This document shows positions 44,501 to 49,116 of a DNA stretch of 64,000 bases, in pieces. This DNA is from an uncultured bacterium. GTDB lineage: Bacteria; Verrucomicrobiota; Verrucomicrobiia; Verrucomicrobiales; DEV007. Location of the stretch: assembly GCA_963977015.1 (NCBI GenBank), contig CAXBMO010000005.1, positions 192,001 through 256,000 on the forward strand, read 5' to 3'. The translations under genes were made by a program, and so were the position numbers. The first letter of the stretch is position 1; the number at the start of each line of letters is the position of its first letter. The notes under the pieces were generated by a model that saw only the letters and a list, made by a program, of their open reading frames with translations, made no database searches and was not told the DNA's origin.

Positions 44501-47500
44501 TTTGAACGACCGAATATCCGCTTGCGGTGGTCTTGTTGATCCCGGTCTTGTTTCCCGTAATGATCGTGTTCTCGAAACGCACCAAAATGGGCTCGCCTTC
44601 GATGTAGACGCCACCGCCGCGATCCCAAGAGACATTGCTAGAGATCACCGAATCGGTGAAGATCACATCGGACCGGTTATCAAGAAACAGCCCGCCACCG
44701 TCATCATCGTTGCCGTCTCCTGCGGCGTTTTGATCAATCGTGACGTGATCGCCACGCAGAATTCCGTTGTTGTTACGAATTCCTCCGCCATCGCCGACAT
44801 CGGAGATGTTGTTCTGAATGGTGACATAGCTGAGATTGAATTCGGAGATCTCGGAATTGTTGTTCAACGCTCCCCCACCGGCACGTGCGTAGTTGCCGGA
44901 AATCGACACCGCCTGAGTCGATGTGCCGATGATGTTAACCACACTACCGTTGGAGCTGTTCGTAATCGCGCCGCCCCACTCCGCACGGTTGTTGGTGAAA
45001 GTGGAGTTGCCCGAAATATTCAGAACCGACTGATCGCTGTTGAAAACGGCGCCGCCTGATCCCTGAAGCGTCCCGTCACCGCCCGCGTAGGTTCCGTTTT
45101 GCCGGCTGGTCTCATTGGCTTGGAAGGTGACGTTTTCCAGATTGACGATGCCGCCCAGATAGTTCCAAAGCGCTCCACCACTGCGGTCGGAGTTGTTATA
45201 GATGGTGTAGTTCCCCTCCCAAGTGTTCCCATCCGCGTTCACCGTGCCGCCCTGATTGAATCCACCACCGCCATGGCCCCAAGCATAGTTGTTCCGAACG
45301 TCACTGTTGGCATCAAGATTCAAGATGCCGCCGTCCCCATTGAAGAATCCGCCACCATGACCGTCGCGCCGGTTCGCCCCATTCAGATCCAGGGTGTAGT
45401 TGCCCTCAATATCGGTATTCACCAAGGTCATCGTGCCGTGGTTGTAAATGCCGCCACCGTAAAAGTCTTCAGCCACGTTATTGCTGATGATCGAATCGGT
45501 CAGATTCATGATCGCCCCTTCGTGCGCGTTGTAAACACCACCGGCCCGATCGCGAGCCAGGTTGGAGTCGATGGTCACCCTCGTGCCATCAATCCGTGAC
45601 CCCGCCTGCTCGTTGTGGATCGCCGCTCCGTAGCGGGCGTCGTGGTTCGTTATCGTAACATCCGTCAGCGTCACCCGCCCCTCGACCCGATTTCGCAACG
45701 CACCGCCGTCGAAATCCGCATCGTTGTTGTCGAAAACCAGATCCGTGCCGCCAAATCCGCCCTCCACGAACAACGTCGCCCCGTCGTTGTAGATCCCCGC
45801 GCCGTTGTCCGCAGTGTTGTTGCGAATCTGGGAGTTGGTGCTGCCGCTGCCCGTAATGGTGAGGGTCGTCCCCACATTCGCCCGCGCCGCCCCACCATTG
45901 ATGGCCGCGATGTTCCCGTTGAAATCAACGCCCTCAAACGTGGCTTCACCTCCGACGCTCCACATGTAGAAGCCAGCTCCGTCTCGTGCTTCGTTCCCCG
46001 AGATCTCGCCGCCGGTCCACGTCGTCCGTGCCGCGCTACCATTGCTGAACAACCCACCGCCACCTGCGGTTTCGTTCCCGCCATTGCGATTCGCCTTGTT
46101 GCCGATCAGGTCGGAATCGGTCGCAACAATCGTCCTGCTGTTGTTATAAATGCCGCCTCCACGGGCATTGGTGCTGTTGTCGACCGTATCCTGCACCTCG
46201 TTGCCGGAAACGGCGACCCGGGTCAGGGTCAGCGTGCCACCGTTGTGGTAAATTCCCGCGCCATCGCCCTCGGTGAGGAAACCACCCGTGATCGTGAGAT
46301 CCTGGAAGGTGACGTTTGCGCCGTTCGTGATGTTGAACACCCGGCTTAGCCCACCCGCGTCAATAAAGGTCTGTCCTTTGCCCTGTCCCGCAATCGTGAT
46401 GATCCGGTTACCTCCGATCGCGTTTCCGTCGATTGTGATTTGGCCGTTGGTCAGGTCGTAAGTGTCAACTTGATCAAGCGTAACCGTGTCTCCATCCACA
46501 GCCTGCGCGATCGCCGCCCGCAAATCGGTGCCGGAACCATCATCGGCAGTGTTGGAAACCGAAACATCCGCGTGCGCCACATGAGCAACGCTACCAACCA
46601 CGGCATCATCGGCCTGTCCTTCAACCGGCAGCCGCCGCTCACCTTCCGCGTAACCTCCATACATCAATTCCCCAAAATTCTCGGGCAGGTAGGTATCCGC
46701 CAGTCCCAACGCGTGCCCCTGCTCGTGTAAAACCACGCTCAGCAAATCCACTCGATCCTCAGCCTCCCCAATGGCTGCGAACAACCGGGATTCAGGCCCT
46801 CTCGAAATGAATTCCACATCGTCCATCGGCGTGGAATCGACAAACCAGCTCATCCCCGACGCATCGTCGTCAATCCGGATGATGTTGTTCGCCCCGTCAT
46901 ACTGAGCGAGCGACAGCCCTGCCAGATCCCCGATCTCATAGGTAACGTTGGCCAGGGCCAGTGATTGCTCCTCCGTCAAGCCCGCCAAATGCCAGCGTTC
47001 TTCCGCCGCAGTTGCGATCTCCTCCAACACTTCAGCCGACAAATCCGGCATTCCCGTCGTTCCCTGAACCTCGATTTCAGCAGGAGCACTGATCAACTCG
47101 TTCCCTAAATCATTGGCGCTCCCCTCTGCCTGGGGCGCCCCGCCATCCACACCCTGCTCCTCTGGATCCGGCAACAAATCCGTCAGCAAATGAACCTCGG
47201 TCTCCAAAACCGACTCCGGCGCGGCCTGCAACTCCTCGGCGCCAACCTCAGTCACCTCATTGGGAGCCGAAGTCGCGGAATGGTCTTCCGGCGTCGATGC
47301 GGACGGTTCCTGAGCTGGCTCAGGAGACTCGGCTACCTCGGGAGCAGCGTCACCATCCACCGGGGCGGCCGAATAGAGAATGCGCGGCTCAAGGGCATCA
47401 AACATCAGCTTGCGTTTGCCGTCGCCGGATGTCGAATCGGTTTCGCGCTGACCAAAGAGACGGGAAATCAGGCTGCGCTTGTTTTTGTTATTATCAGGTT

Positions 47501-47513
47501 CGCTATTCATCAT
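23550..47513 (-). CDS. Giant LEPR-xLL surface/adhesin-like protein (7987 aa): metzincin-like domain, GGA(I/L) beta-helix repeats, cadherin/VCBS-like, autotransporter-associated beta-strand repeats, 3 LamG-like, 3 Ig-like and lectin-like domains
   Basis: Uninterrupted 23,964-bp ORF rich in Gly/Thr/Asp/Asn/Ala; LEPRILYSA, HEQGHALGLAD, many GGAI/GGG(I/F)YN repeats, VSLREAI, LTKTGDGTLT-type repeats, FDGQIAAFRLY-type LamG ends. Confidence 0.95.
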   Translation of the reverse strand: MMNSEPDNNKNKRSLISRLFGQRETDSTSGDGKRKLMFDALEPRILYSAAPVDGDAAPEVAESPEPAQEPSASTPEDHSATSAPNEVTEVGAEELQAAPESVLETEVHLLTDLLPDPEEQGVDGGAPQAEGSANDLGNELISAPAEIEVQGTTGMPDLSAEVLEEIATAAEERWHLAGLTEEQSLALANVTYEIGDLAGLSLAQYDGANNIIRIDDDASGMSWFVDSTPMDDVEFISRGPESRLFAAIGEAEDRVDLLSVVLHEQGHALGLADTYLPENFGELMYGGYAEGERRLPVEGQADDAVVGSVAHVAHADVSVSNTADDGSGTDLRAAIAQAVDGDTVTLDQVDTYDLTNGQITIDGNAIGGNRIITIAGQGKGQTFIDAGGLSRVFNITNGANVTFQDLTITGGFLTEGDGAGIYHNGGTLTLTRVAVSGNEVQDTVDNSTNARGGGIYNNSRTIVATDSDLIGNKANRNGGNETAGGGGLFSNGSAARTTWTGGEISGNEARDGAGFYMWSVGGEATFEGVDFNGNIAAINGGAARANVGTTLTITGSGSTNSQIRNNTADNGAGIYNDGATLFVEGGFGGTDLVFDNNDADFDGGALRNRVEGRVTLTDVTITNHDARYGAAIHNEQAGSRIDGTRVTIDSNLARDRAGGVYNAHEGAIMNLTDSIISNNVAEDFYGGGIYNHGTMTLVNTDIEGNYTLDLNGANRRDGHGGGFFNGDGGILNLDANSDVRNNYAWGHGGGGFNQGGTVNADGNTWEGNYTIYNNSDRSGGALWNYLGGIVNLENVTFQANETSRQNGTYAGGDGTLQGSGGAVFNSDQSVLNISGNSTFTNNRAEWGGAITNSSNGSVVNIIGTSTQAVSISGNYARAGGGALNNNSEISEFNLSYVTIQNNISDVGDGGGIRNNNGILRGDHVTIDQNAAGDGNDDDGGGLFLDNRSDVIFTDSVISSNVSWDRGGGVYIEGEPILVRFENTIITGNKTGINKTTASGYSVVQTTHTYSIGDVTTATGSGNGGSEGGGIYGRERTVLELIDSTVSDNIARDDGGGLHINDDSKVLISGSLIQGNLAGYDSAGTVRTVNSHGGGIRVVGRTKLDVHNSAILDNEATQYGGGLMMQNDVQFTMTNSTVAGNVARDHGGGVASWDWNLRSTVENSTFSGNYAGFTRAEGGDTTPDYVQNRNGGGWYNRRGISNLTHTTFSENVANNGAGIRRDAHNVNVVASVVTQNENNAGAARNVGGTQGATALNLVDTYQGNTNATLNALSNAFLVGASNAGSSAATSATAHVQVYIPDAGASNIVDAVTTEVLAADQTGAGRPANGGTTASSDRGAVELNGLATALTLDALNLPALGVSGVEINLDAVANSTGAGDVQFAWTVNDGTSDIFTATNSTAVDPAENETDAVSFTHTIASAETVSETWTVTLTVTDLTTNQTVTQSDTITVFNPLASPMTPAAGTIEVNTLVETGTIETTSDTDGSVSLREAINIANASGAGDFVITFNSALDTSNIVTSLSTTGDENNNAGEDYDLRKTNGAIVFKGNGAANTIIDGGGIGRVFDIQPAVTAFFSGLTITGGVTVDNDHGAGFRADGATVILTNVEIVGNQAIRGSGNQGGGFYATSSGLRGSTVVMTGGKISENIAGDHGGGFLATGNIASTTTVVMDGVEVSANKASFNDDGTADGGGFYFTGQNNVLELKNVSILDNSTKDDGGGFILVGSDHTATFENVTIQRNVVENTAQDTDAATSFDNVAFAAQATNTDRDGGGGMIAGTNNTVNFVGGLIGGPQAGDGKIDFGNYADDDGAGLSIKGAVTVNFDGTTIQGNFSEDDGGGLMLEGAVTVNFDNGTITQNSSINQHGGGVAVRAGTFNSTNSSFTFNHAGDRDYVANPGNHVGGAIYVTGGSKVNLTDASLTNNNAEGRGGAIYGDRSSVITINSSTPGIKTSTISNNTTVETNDDNRGGGAIFITHANTTVNITDATIADNRSPRTGGAIMQQNASIVNLTSVDVLRNESNRRGGAIYLASDQSKLTLQDVTFTGNAVRTEYGGAIYSAGTVTGDSVVFTDNRTNYDLDTAASVSSTGQDRRGGAIYLGGAEASFTGSNVIIADNHSYGRGGGVYVDDGLLHLTNFILRGNSTDSDGNEGRGRGGAISTANRGTIVLVNGEVSGNTSDGHGGAIWGETDGSSLTATNVTFSGNRAGINGNGGGAFVNDRDGGAIYFTNASTVNLNHVTVSDNGATRNGGGIQRGSSTITIENSIVFGNHRDIDNTNRDGDTNGNIVLAGENLLGVRQGGTLSGDTDGRIVVDPDLGALSENGGPATLNALAAAAGIAGMQSHLPASTGGAANAATNSVIAADQRGTTRIAGDDPARDLGAIEVNHLGAGFAPNTATVSEDSSGDTLALADPSVEGDAGDVTIASIDTTGTTGTVTVDAGGDTVTYDPNGQFENLALGDSDTDSFVHISSDAAGNDIGQFQEVGGVVAGDAVNFQSNVAAPGGLGWTDETTGFSGSRTGTFLEHPNGAGIGGVMVEGPFVDYKINITTAGTYRLYIHAAGYDGSSDSIYAGIVELQDGTSGAGDVNQDWYAIQTNSSSTFTWYGSGNPESTSPGSGTPNTFNLAEGTYTLRIQPREDGAALDAWALQEVSLAAPTGTGPAQSLFGTRVEVTVDGANDAPTNNGDSTAELALIPQTDANPSGDTVANLFATNFADVDDGASFAGVAIVGNASTAAEGTWEFNDNVGGGWTAIPTTVDATTNATVVEDTYSLRFVPAAGYSGAPGSLTALPWDGVVTPGTGNAVDITGQTGGTGTFADSASDSVTLSTSVGFIYVDGSNDLVFDRQTNVDDTLVITSDGTNITFTDSSNLLYSAVGSGSGTNTVTVAIADFSGGSLSVNTGAGTDSVTLNGFTSLPGDLSITAETINLDADVTTATGDQTYNGAVTLGGNVQVSGESVTFESSVALGTNALTVSNSSTSTASEIKGAITGSGELTKTGDGTLTIDSAGDGTNAGFTGDVVVDGGVLEAGSSSGSREYLLGTGTKTVTVNNGGELRFTSYNAFGRASSPSPTNTLVINAGGTVTSNNSFTVLNDVTLNGGTLASNGGVSAAYQTFFIEGDVTVGGTTASTITTSGTNGAIHLSAATVFNVADVTGDASADLIVAGNLMDQAGTGAAGEIVKNGAGTMALTSASSYSGTTAVNAGTLQVDGGAISNTDSVAIDAGTLQVINQGNVNVTNGVTNGAGAGQLLIDEGTMTVGDGLALDTLRVGEDAGTDSSLVVSAGAVSVGNGTETLAIGNRDADVTNDATATVDFSSASGVTINVASTLMGRLTGGAGQFKVHGALLLSDSGANTVNTTTMIVGGSPGTGNESNNGTNVADIISEIQFGSGTNDLNVDTLTLGDGKAQGKITITAGGELNISGDTGAATNANLGWNVNGSTGNQAHGVIDASGATLNAAFGTLNLGRHVGGSGAGIGTLIFDAGTVTANTVALATSTGNSSGTITQRGGSFTVANGVTETQTSTLNIENGQFTVTAAGLQVDTLHIAKQDASNAGEPAKNATVTVQGGAVTIGDVVNGGQLEVGTRTGSDTGIPAGVGTLDLTAADSVAINVTQVLIGDMAGGSGGGGTFGTVDLSNVGNNAITASTVRVGNSATHGNDAVTSTLTFGSTINTVDVDTFEVGSEKSLGTVDIAGGGTLNLTGDANTAANLLIGDNDVSTGNNAVGIFDMTGATFKATLDELALGQHQNSSGSGKGTLTYNAGTITANSITLANANDGGTSSNTQNTTGTLNHNGGDLTVGTINLADGASTVNITDGTVTVTTAFNLDSLAAGASSVNLSGGVLDLSGQDVINRAGAETFTVSGTGLLKDVNDFGVTYNQTGGTLQIGADGAIDTMTVDGDFNVTGGAIEIALDGNGVNDSITVEDGTAADQAVDISNSNLLLTLNYAAASGNSHVLIANDGTADAVTGSFSNYPEVGATGLSEAFDLTFGTDVYTFQINYAGGDGNDVVLNSFGSAETSVEKVGNNLVITDINNDSDDALTITDDGTHYVIQDANLALTTSSGFERVDGNTIRVDKTAVEGLIVNAGENETAAGDTVTFGTALTFDGPVTVNAEAINLNGGAVNTGTANQDYNGAVILGADTTLTGNDVTFQRTVDSDGTPRSLATSLGAAGTLTFKDHVGNTSELLSLDTGSTGTTHVIGNTVLDNLQTGGGIIFNFDASFDPNTADNLVPDLGSAVGGSATVNGQPFNLLIDDSVVTFASNPSAGFAGITGAYVLPGATGSSADNQRGLAGLELQTGGNDEAPQDVNHTLLGVPDVDVSDVTFEFWLKPDDLTGKEVIWETGGGTGTGFGLDGSNLIFQVIQGSAPNKGTVVYDLDLDPSGIFGGDGVTPGSGYDPASDDFIQVIGTLDVSTKTVELFVNGTSVGSDVKDGALSDWDGGDPSGLGTVGGANMGGFGGGAQGYRPFDGQIAAFRLYSGVLTSGPSGQIQNNFNAVQAGGQTEIQIKTTQTQTFGNDLSLGIATVVESSGGGALGNVTFGTGKTIDADPAAAAPGSLTVNTAGVTDFNGIIGGSTPLGGLATDSAGTTTIDTTAVTSSGAIVLGDNVTTSANVAIDGASVSFVGTSTFNADATVTATSADATFTGEATFNATGTVTALGDATFNAAANFLGGLADINAGGNADFNDTLTFGADAAIDAGSNATFDGVVTLGGTTTVTATNIIVAAAATIDSDVGNLRDLTLNASGTTDLDSIIGGLEALGSLTTDAAGITQLGANVIVAGSGGITFGDRVTLTTDVDLESNHASGDVTFGSTVDGAFALTVNTPGSASTLFRGDVGSGVALTSLTTDGNGFAQLGGPAPIAGGTLLLNFDADEETLATSGLFEGTSGATVDERFNMSGAGISFGPVNDSSVTGILNAYTLDGTSGGVGGNFHNLTGNPTDADASLEFWIRPTSNTATGMIFEAGGSGDGSSVVYDGVNQQVIWTADDGNVQGQVSAALPIDGEFHQVFLTYDRDNSNRDILRIYIDGVFVDDNITATTTDDVSNDTDTNLIDDWAGSDGAGLGAVNGATAEGSLATTPFIGDIAKFRIYTNSVGAAGVLANYEEVANHNVQVTTTGDQLFGGAVQLQTEAVLTGNNITFNGKLDSSDADHDRDLTVNTTGGGVTLFAGNVGDDFELGNLTTNFDGHTVISANITANGADGGEIRFDDAVLLGTDSIITQNGDATSRVLFANTLDAVDGVAANLTVNTPNDAVTQFAADVGSDALDLLSNDTGLASITTDSAGTTLFLGLSEVVNGVDFLADATQDPTGNDFAGIGDSTTWRFTTTGAVDTQAPSLESLSPADDGVDVATNANLALTFDEDVQAGTGNITIHLAADDSVVDTIDVTGGLVTVAGRTVKIDPSLNLAASTAFYVNVAAGAIRDTAGNDFAGILDTTTWSFTTGTGDDVTAPTVDTLNPADDAGSVAPDSNLELAFDEAVQKGAAGTITIHLASDDSVVQTIDVNDAAVSVNGATVTVDPPTGLAAGTEFYVNIGTGAIRDIAGNDFAGIVDTTSWSFTTATADRTAPLAVSLTPANDADGVAVGANLEMTFDEAVQKGAGTITIHLASDDSVVETIDVSDAIVTISGATVTIDPASDLTAGTEYYVNVSSGAFQDFDRWDDQTGISGLDFQVVGNVTRVEGPGVSSLPGITAAYDFPGGATENEAGALLSISGSTTEASFTNAPGDWTDEDVSIEIWFKPDNLTPSTPEGQILFEDGGGTGFGFFIDNNELRLRKAPNGGNIAYNLDTDSLGLLTAPATSEFIQAIGTFNTSTDQLELFINGVSVGTDIAAGGDWSGSDPAGVGTRGGANTGGIGNGQSNTESFDGQVGLFRVYNGQALEESQVRANYAAVAGAGNLVVSVTTSGDQTYNDAVSVDSITTLNALNVNTTNTVTMNQDLTVNVAGATGQATGDITGGANLIKDGNGTFTLASTTGNTYTGETTIREGRLVAAHNDALGTTDAGNVTIESGGTLGLIGGITIPAHETISLLFDGTGDATIENLSGDNFVEGLIDVQLGVQGDLRLLSSTVDDTLTVNGNVNLQQAGILAAGDGDTVVNGNIASTVAEYADLGEVGQVLNVGGTAQTVNFAGTYVNPVIVALAEQGSGTGGADPNVVEVRIFNVDAGAGTFQIQLDVPPGANNTNPPAEETVNFLVVEAGTYTLDDGTVIQAGTVSVSGSTDESVSFGAGVFATTPVAMTQLMSQNDASFVKPRHRAGVNANGFSFFLEQAEGQAQHSVNETVGYIAISPTAAAGATTGAGLLFEAGTTPNAVTHSNFGVTLQNAYSAPPIFIGDQQTIDGVDPSGLRFRYNGNGVNVFTDEDRSGDTETSHADEVVGFVAFANTGLLQSTNVRDNQLVMNGAGTLTLNGTNELQDGVEVNDGVVLVNGTTTAETTVIGGSLGGTGTIVGEVISTTGEVAPGEPDVASGVGTLTVGDDNDVNLSGDFEFQINGDTSADLLSVTGTTGDGTVTVGGTLTLTEISDAVGVAGGVTPGSTVTLISNDGTDVVIGTFAGLPEGATVMDDDGDSYIISYAGGDGNDVVLFAGQAETNVALVGNALSITDSTNDSTDTLSISYDAATNTYTIQETANTALVLNTTGLTNAQVTRPNAQTVVIDANQITGGITSLTIDTTGPDTTTPGVENDDTVTVSTSNGSLGLSGDITITADDVVFAANAQIDQSAGSGGVIVNADRAIAMNAGSGITTNDGAVTLTATGNGDGGFVGIELSDADITTTSGNIVLTGEGADSGTGSFRHGVLLAGGSTVTSTDGNVTLAGLGSGDTDDNDHHGVVLADAGTRVASTNGTVTLDGTGGYGQNDNANESRGVVIGADTVVETVTGEIDIDGEGGLQRSNTDENTGVQISGTVQATGTGGAVDIYGSAGTSHLNNYGIHLNSSGSVTSVDGAIVMEGQGGGGARANTNSNHGIFVEGAVNSSGSATITLTGFGGGSRNDGDGNIGVMVSGTAAAISSSGGLITINGVAGGHPNDGSTNNDGVRIQAGGSVVGTNSARITIDGTGGSDADGEGVQITGADSVVSVVDGDISITGSGEDGVELSTGTTAAVVASGIGNISISGHANTPDLAGGNVGTEINSIVTSGSGNVTIASDDHITFGADSDVNSTGGTVKIEASTGGAGDIVMADGALIDAGGGNVDVDAVGDITLGGLVTTAAVTIDSASGSILDGGDTDKEVVAASAVLNAALNVGTVADPLETQVATLAGSSGTDFYVANMGALDIGAAGINAGNDLQIVNNDNITDSGTTTVGGAAQFTTTVNDADINVNQLAVTGLIGLSTTGADSDATIVNATAIDFKATNVGGNLAATATTGGIGQSAGLDVDGTTALAVGTDNIDLSNVGNDFTGAVSIVSAQDVTLVDANGIDLGASTISGNLDVTSSTGDITDSGTVSISGTVDLTTSNGNIITNQLDVSGSIALNASGTATIVNTTGIVFRDSTTGGDLTATSTTGDLNIGTGVTLTSTGGGIFLSADGTLLFDAAANLNAAGNVEISLDQGVSDGTGVIVQFFGQVDAAAAIISGGEDPDLFRVQPSAITEITVRGGDPKTLPGDALLLLEDMSLASSGIDGTGASFGTYTATGFAPVHFNSIESDDLVPSLAGTNGALLTHGVGQGPIAVFPDLIIRDAILVTEAVVQFAGRYIPGEDQLTSLGLGSNMTQTWDRASGTLLISAGPGGVSVTAMERALRSVVYINKNGSNPTPGARSISVVLQDGVDQSNSLVNTVIQKGVETDAQNDPAATAGTQASTLPDGGTGAGVDGELAQILEVLSRYGDDGVFAGFQIDAADGASGYQFLNGQLIGPDGQAIRLNLSNQEAGDASVLPTLPPMFSLTPFFAGTSGYGSQIVVTISDGAGGFSHTMSVTADAAGNWTIAMPGIELGDRAYSITITEVPEISGIFSQDNAIFRVGTFRGGILPGLTDEEGLNLGDIYGMIIDATSPEEGMAQLNAPTM
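30577..31612 (-). repeat. Three tandem ~115-aa Ig-like (SbsA/Big_5-type) repeats inside the giant gene
   Basis: Repeated D..AP....L.PA.D...V....NL.L.FDE.VQ.G.G.ITIHLA.DDSVV.TIDV....V...G.TV.IDP...L.A.T..YVN...GA..D..GNDFAGI.D.T.W.FTT. Coordinates approximate. Confidence 0.9.
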
Positions 47514-48463
47514 CTAGGGGGGGAAGGGGGAGAAAAAAGGGCATAAAAAAACCGCGCCTCCATCCGGCCAAATTCGGCAGGGCAGATCGCGGTTCGTCCG
47601 TTTCGGAGAACTTGAGAAAGGGATTCGGGATCGGCGGCATCGCCGTGGCTCGGCGCGCGATTCCCAAAGAGATTCATATAACTGAGCTGGTCGCAGATGG
47701 CTGCGAGGAAGCCTGCTTCAAGCGGCGCTGCCGGTGGCAGAAAATGCATTCGTTTGAAAGCAGAGCGGCTCAGCGTAACTGCCGACCGCTTTTTGCCATC
47801 CTGCCAGGAAGAGAGCACCCAACGCGAAGCTCCCCTCTTGACTCCAGTTGGGAGCGGAACTAAATCCCGTGTCGGAACAGCAACCTCCAAATTCGGCTCT
47901 TCGGTCGAATCGTAAGTCGTCTCAGGAGCCTCCGTTGCCAAAATTTGACTCGGCTCCGGAGCTTCTGTAATGAAGATGTGGGGGGGGCAGTCCACGTTGA
48001 AGACAGGGACGTTGATCAGGAGACGAGCGGGCTCTGACTCCCAAGGGGGGCGTTTTTGAAAGGGGGTGGGTTTTTAGTTGAGCTCCATTTCAACAAGCTT
48101 TCGGATAAGAATCTTGTAATAAACGAACAAATTTCGTTAAAAACCGAGCACACCAACCAAGTCGCAGTGGTTCTGAAGTATGGCGGTGTGGATCTGAGTA
48201 ATCCCTGGTTATTCGCAGTCGTCGAATCGCCCTCGACCAGCCCAGCTGGAGCCTGAGACGAAAAACGCGAGATTGGTCGAACTCTTGCCGTGTCCATCCC
48301 AAACCTGCGCTGCGGTTGCCTGTCGGGCCTTCCCGCGGCCTTTGCCATTTCTTCGGAGTTGCCCTCCGCGCTCAGGGAAAGCGAGCCCCCCAATCCCACC
48401 GTCACCATCATTGCCACGCGAACCTCAGCGGAATGGGACCGGTTTCGCCAAGATCATAAAAAG

Positions 48464-48537
48464 TCGGGCTAGCGGGATTCGAACCCACGACCTCTGCACC
48501 CCCAGTGCAGCGCGCTACCAGACTGCGCTATAGCCCG
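48464..48537 (-). tRNA. tRNA-Pro (GGG)
   Basis: Minus strand CGGGCTATAGCGCAGTCTGGTAGCGCGCTGCACTGGGGGTGCAGAGGTCGTGGGTTCGAATCCCGCTAGCCCGA folds as a cloverleaf with anticodon GGG; no CCA. Confidence 0.97.
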
Positions 48538-48706
48538 ATTTGATTCCGAAACCGGACCATGATCAAAGGGCTGAATCGTTGCGATTGCAAGCGGAAGGTC
48601 AAGAATAGAAGGGCAAGGGTTCAACAACTTATGCGGCAGTCGCAGCAAACCATGCAGGGTTTCTTTGCAACATTGGGTGAAATATTCTTGGAAAGCGAGC
48701 GTGTAG

Positions 48707-48770
48707 TTGAGACTGGGTCTCAAAATCAATTTGATTTCTCGAATCCAACAGTTATGAGACTCAGTCTCAA
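48707..48770. promoter_or_regulatory. Two related palindromic operator-like boxes upstream of bfd-bfr
   Basis: TTGAGAC-TGG-GTCTCAA (48707..48723) and TGAGACT-C-AGTCTCA (48755..48769), with AAATCAA-T-TTGATTT between them. Confidence 0.7.
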
Positions 48771-48783
48771 TCCCCCTAATCCC

Positions 48784-49086
48784 ATGGTCATTCAGCACCC
48801 CAATTCTTCTCCCAAATCCGAAAGGGCTTCAGAGAACTCGGCTGACAAGATCGTGTGCCATTGCCACGATGTGAGAGAATCGACGGTTCGCGACGCGATC
48901 GTCCAGAACCTGGCGGAGTCGGTCGCGGAGGTGACTCTCAGCACCTGTGCCGGCGGAAGTTGCCAGGCCTGTCACTGCAAAATCAAACGAATGCTCAAGG
49001 GGGAACCTCCCGTTCCCGAGTCAACCACTGCATTCTGCCAACAATGCAACAGCCTCACTGCAATTTGCGTTTGCACTGCCGCTTAG
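48784..49086 (+). CDS. Bfd-like [2Fe-2S]-binding protein
   Basis: IVCHCHDV...CAGGSCQAC motif directly upstream of bfr; start uncertain (48754 or 48784). Confidence 0.85.
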   Translation: MVIQHPNSSPKSERASENSADKIVCHCHDVRESTVRDAIVQNLAESVAEVTLSTCAGGSCQACHCKIKRMLKGEPPVPESTTAFCQQCNSLTAICVCTAA

Positions 49087-49116
49087 GATCAGGACACTGC
49101 CGAATACACGATTAAT

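Noticed and set aside
24038-47546. Many long plus-strand ORFs (up to 539 aa) opposite the giant gene
   Set aside because: Antisense shadows of a GC-biased coding strand; Arg/His/Val-rich with no recognisable motifs.
47514-48460. c-di-GMP or other known riboswitch in the giant gene leader
   Set aside because: I could not match a known consensus by eye; an Rfam scan would be needed.
23496-48537. Giant gene as a tRNA-Pro-integrated genomic island
   Set aside because: No duplicate of the tRNA 3' end seen near 23.5 kb and no integrase in the window.
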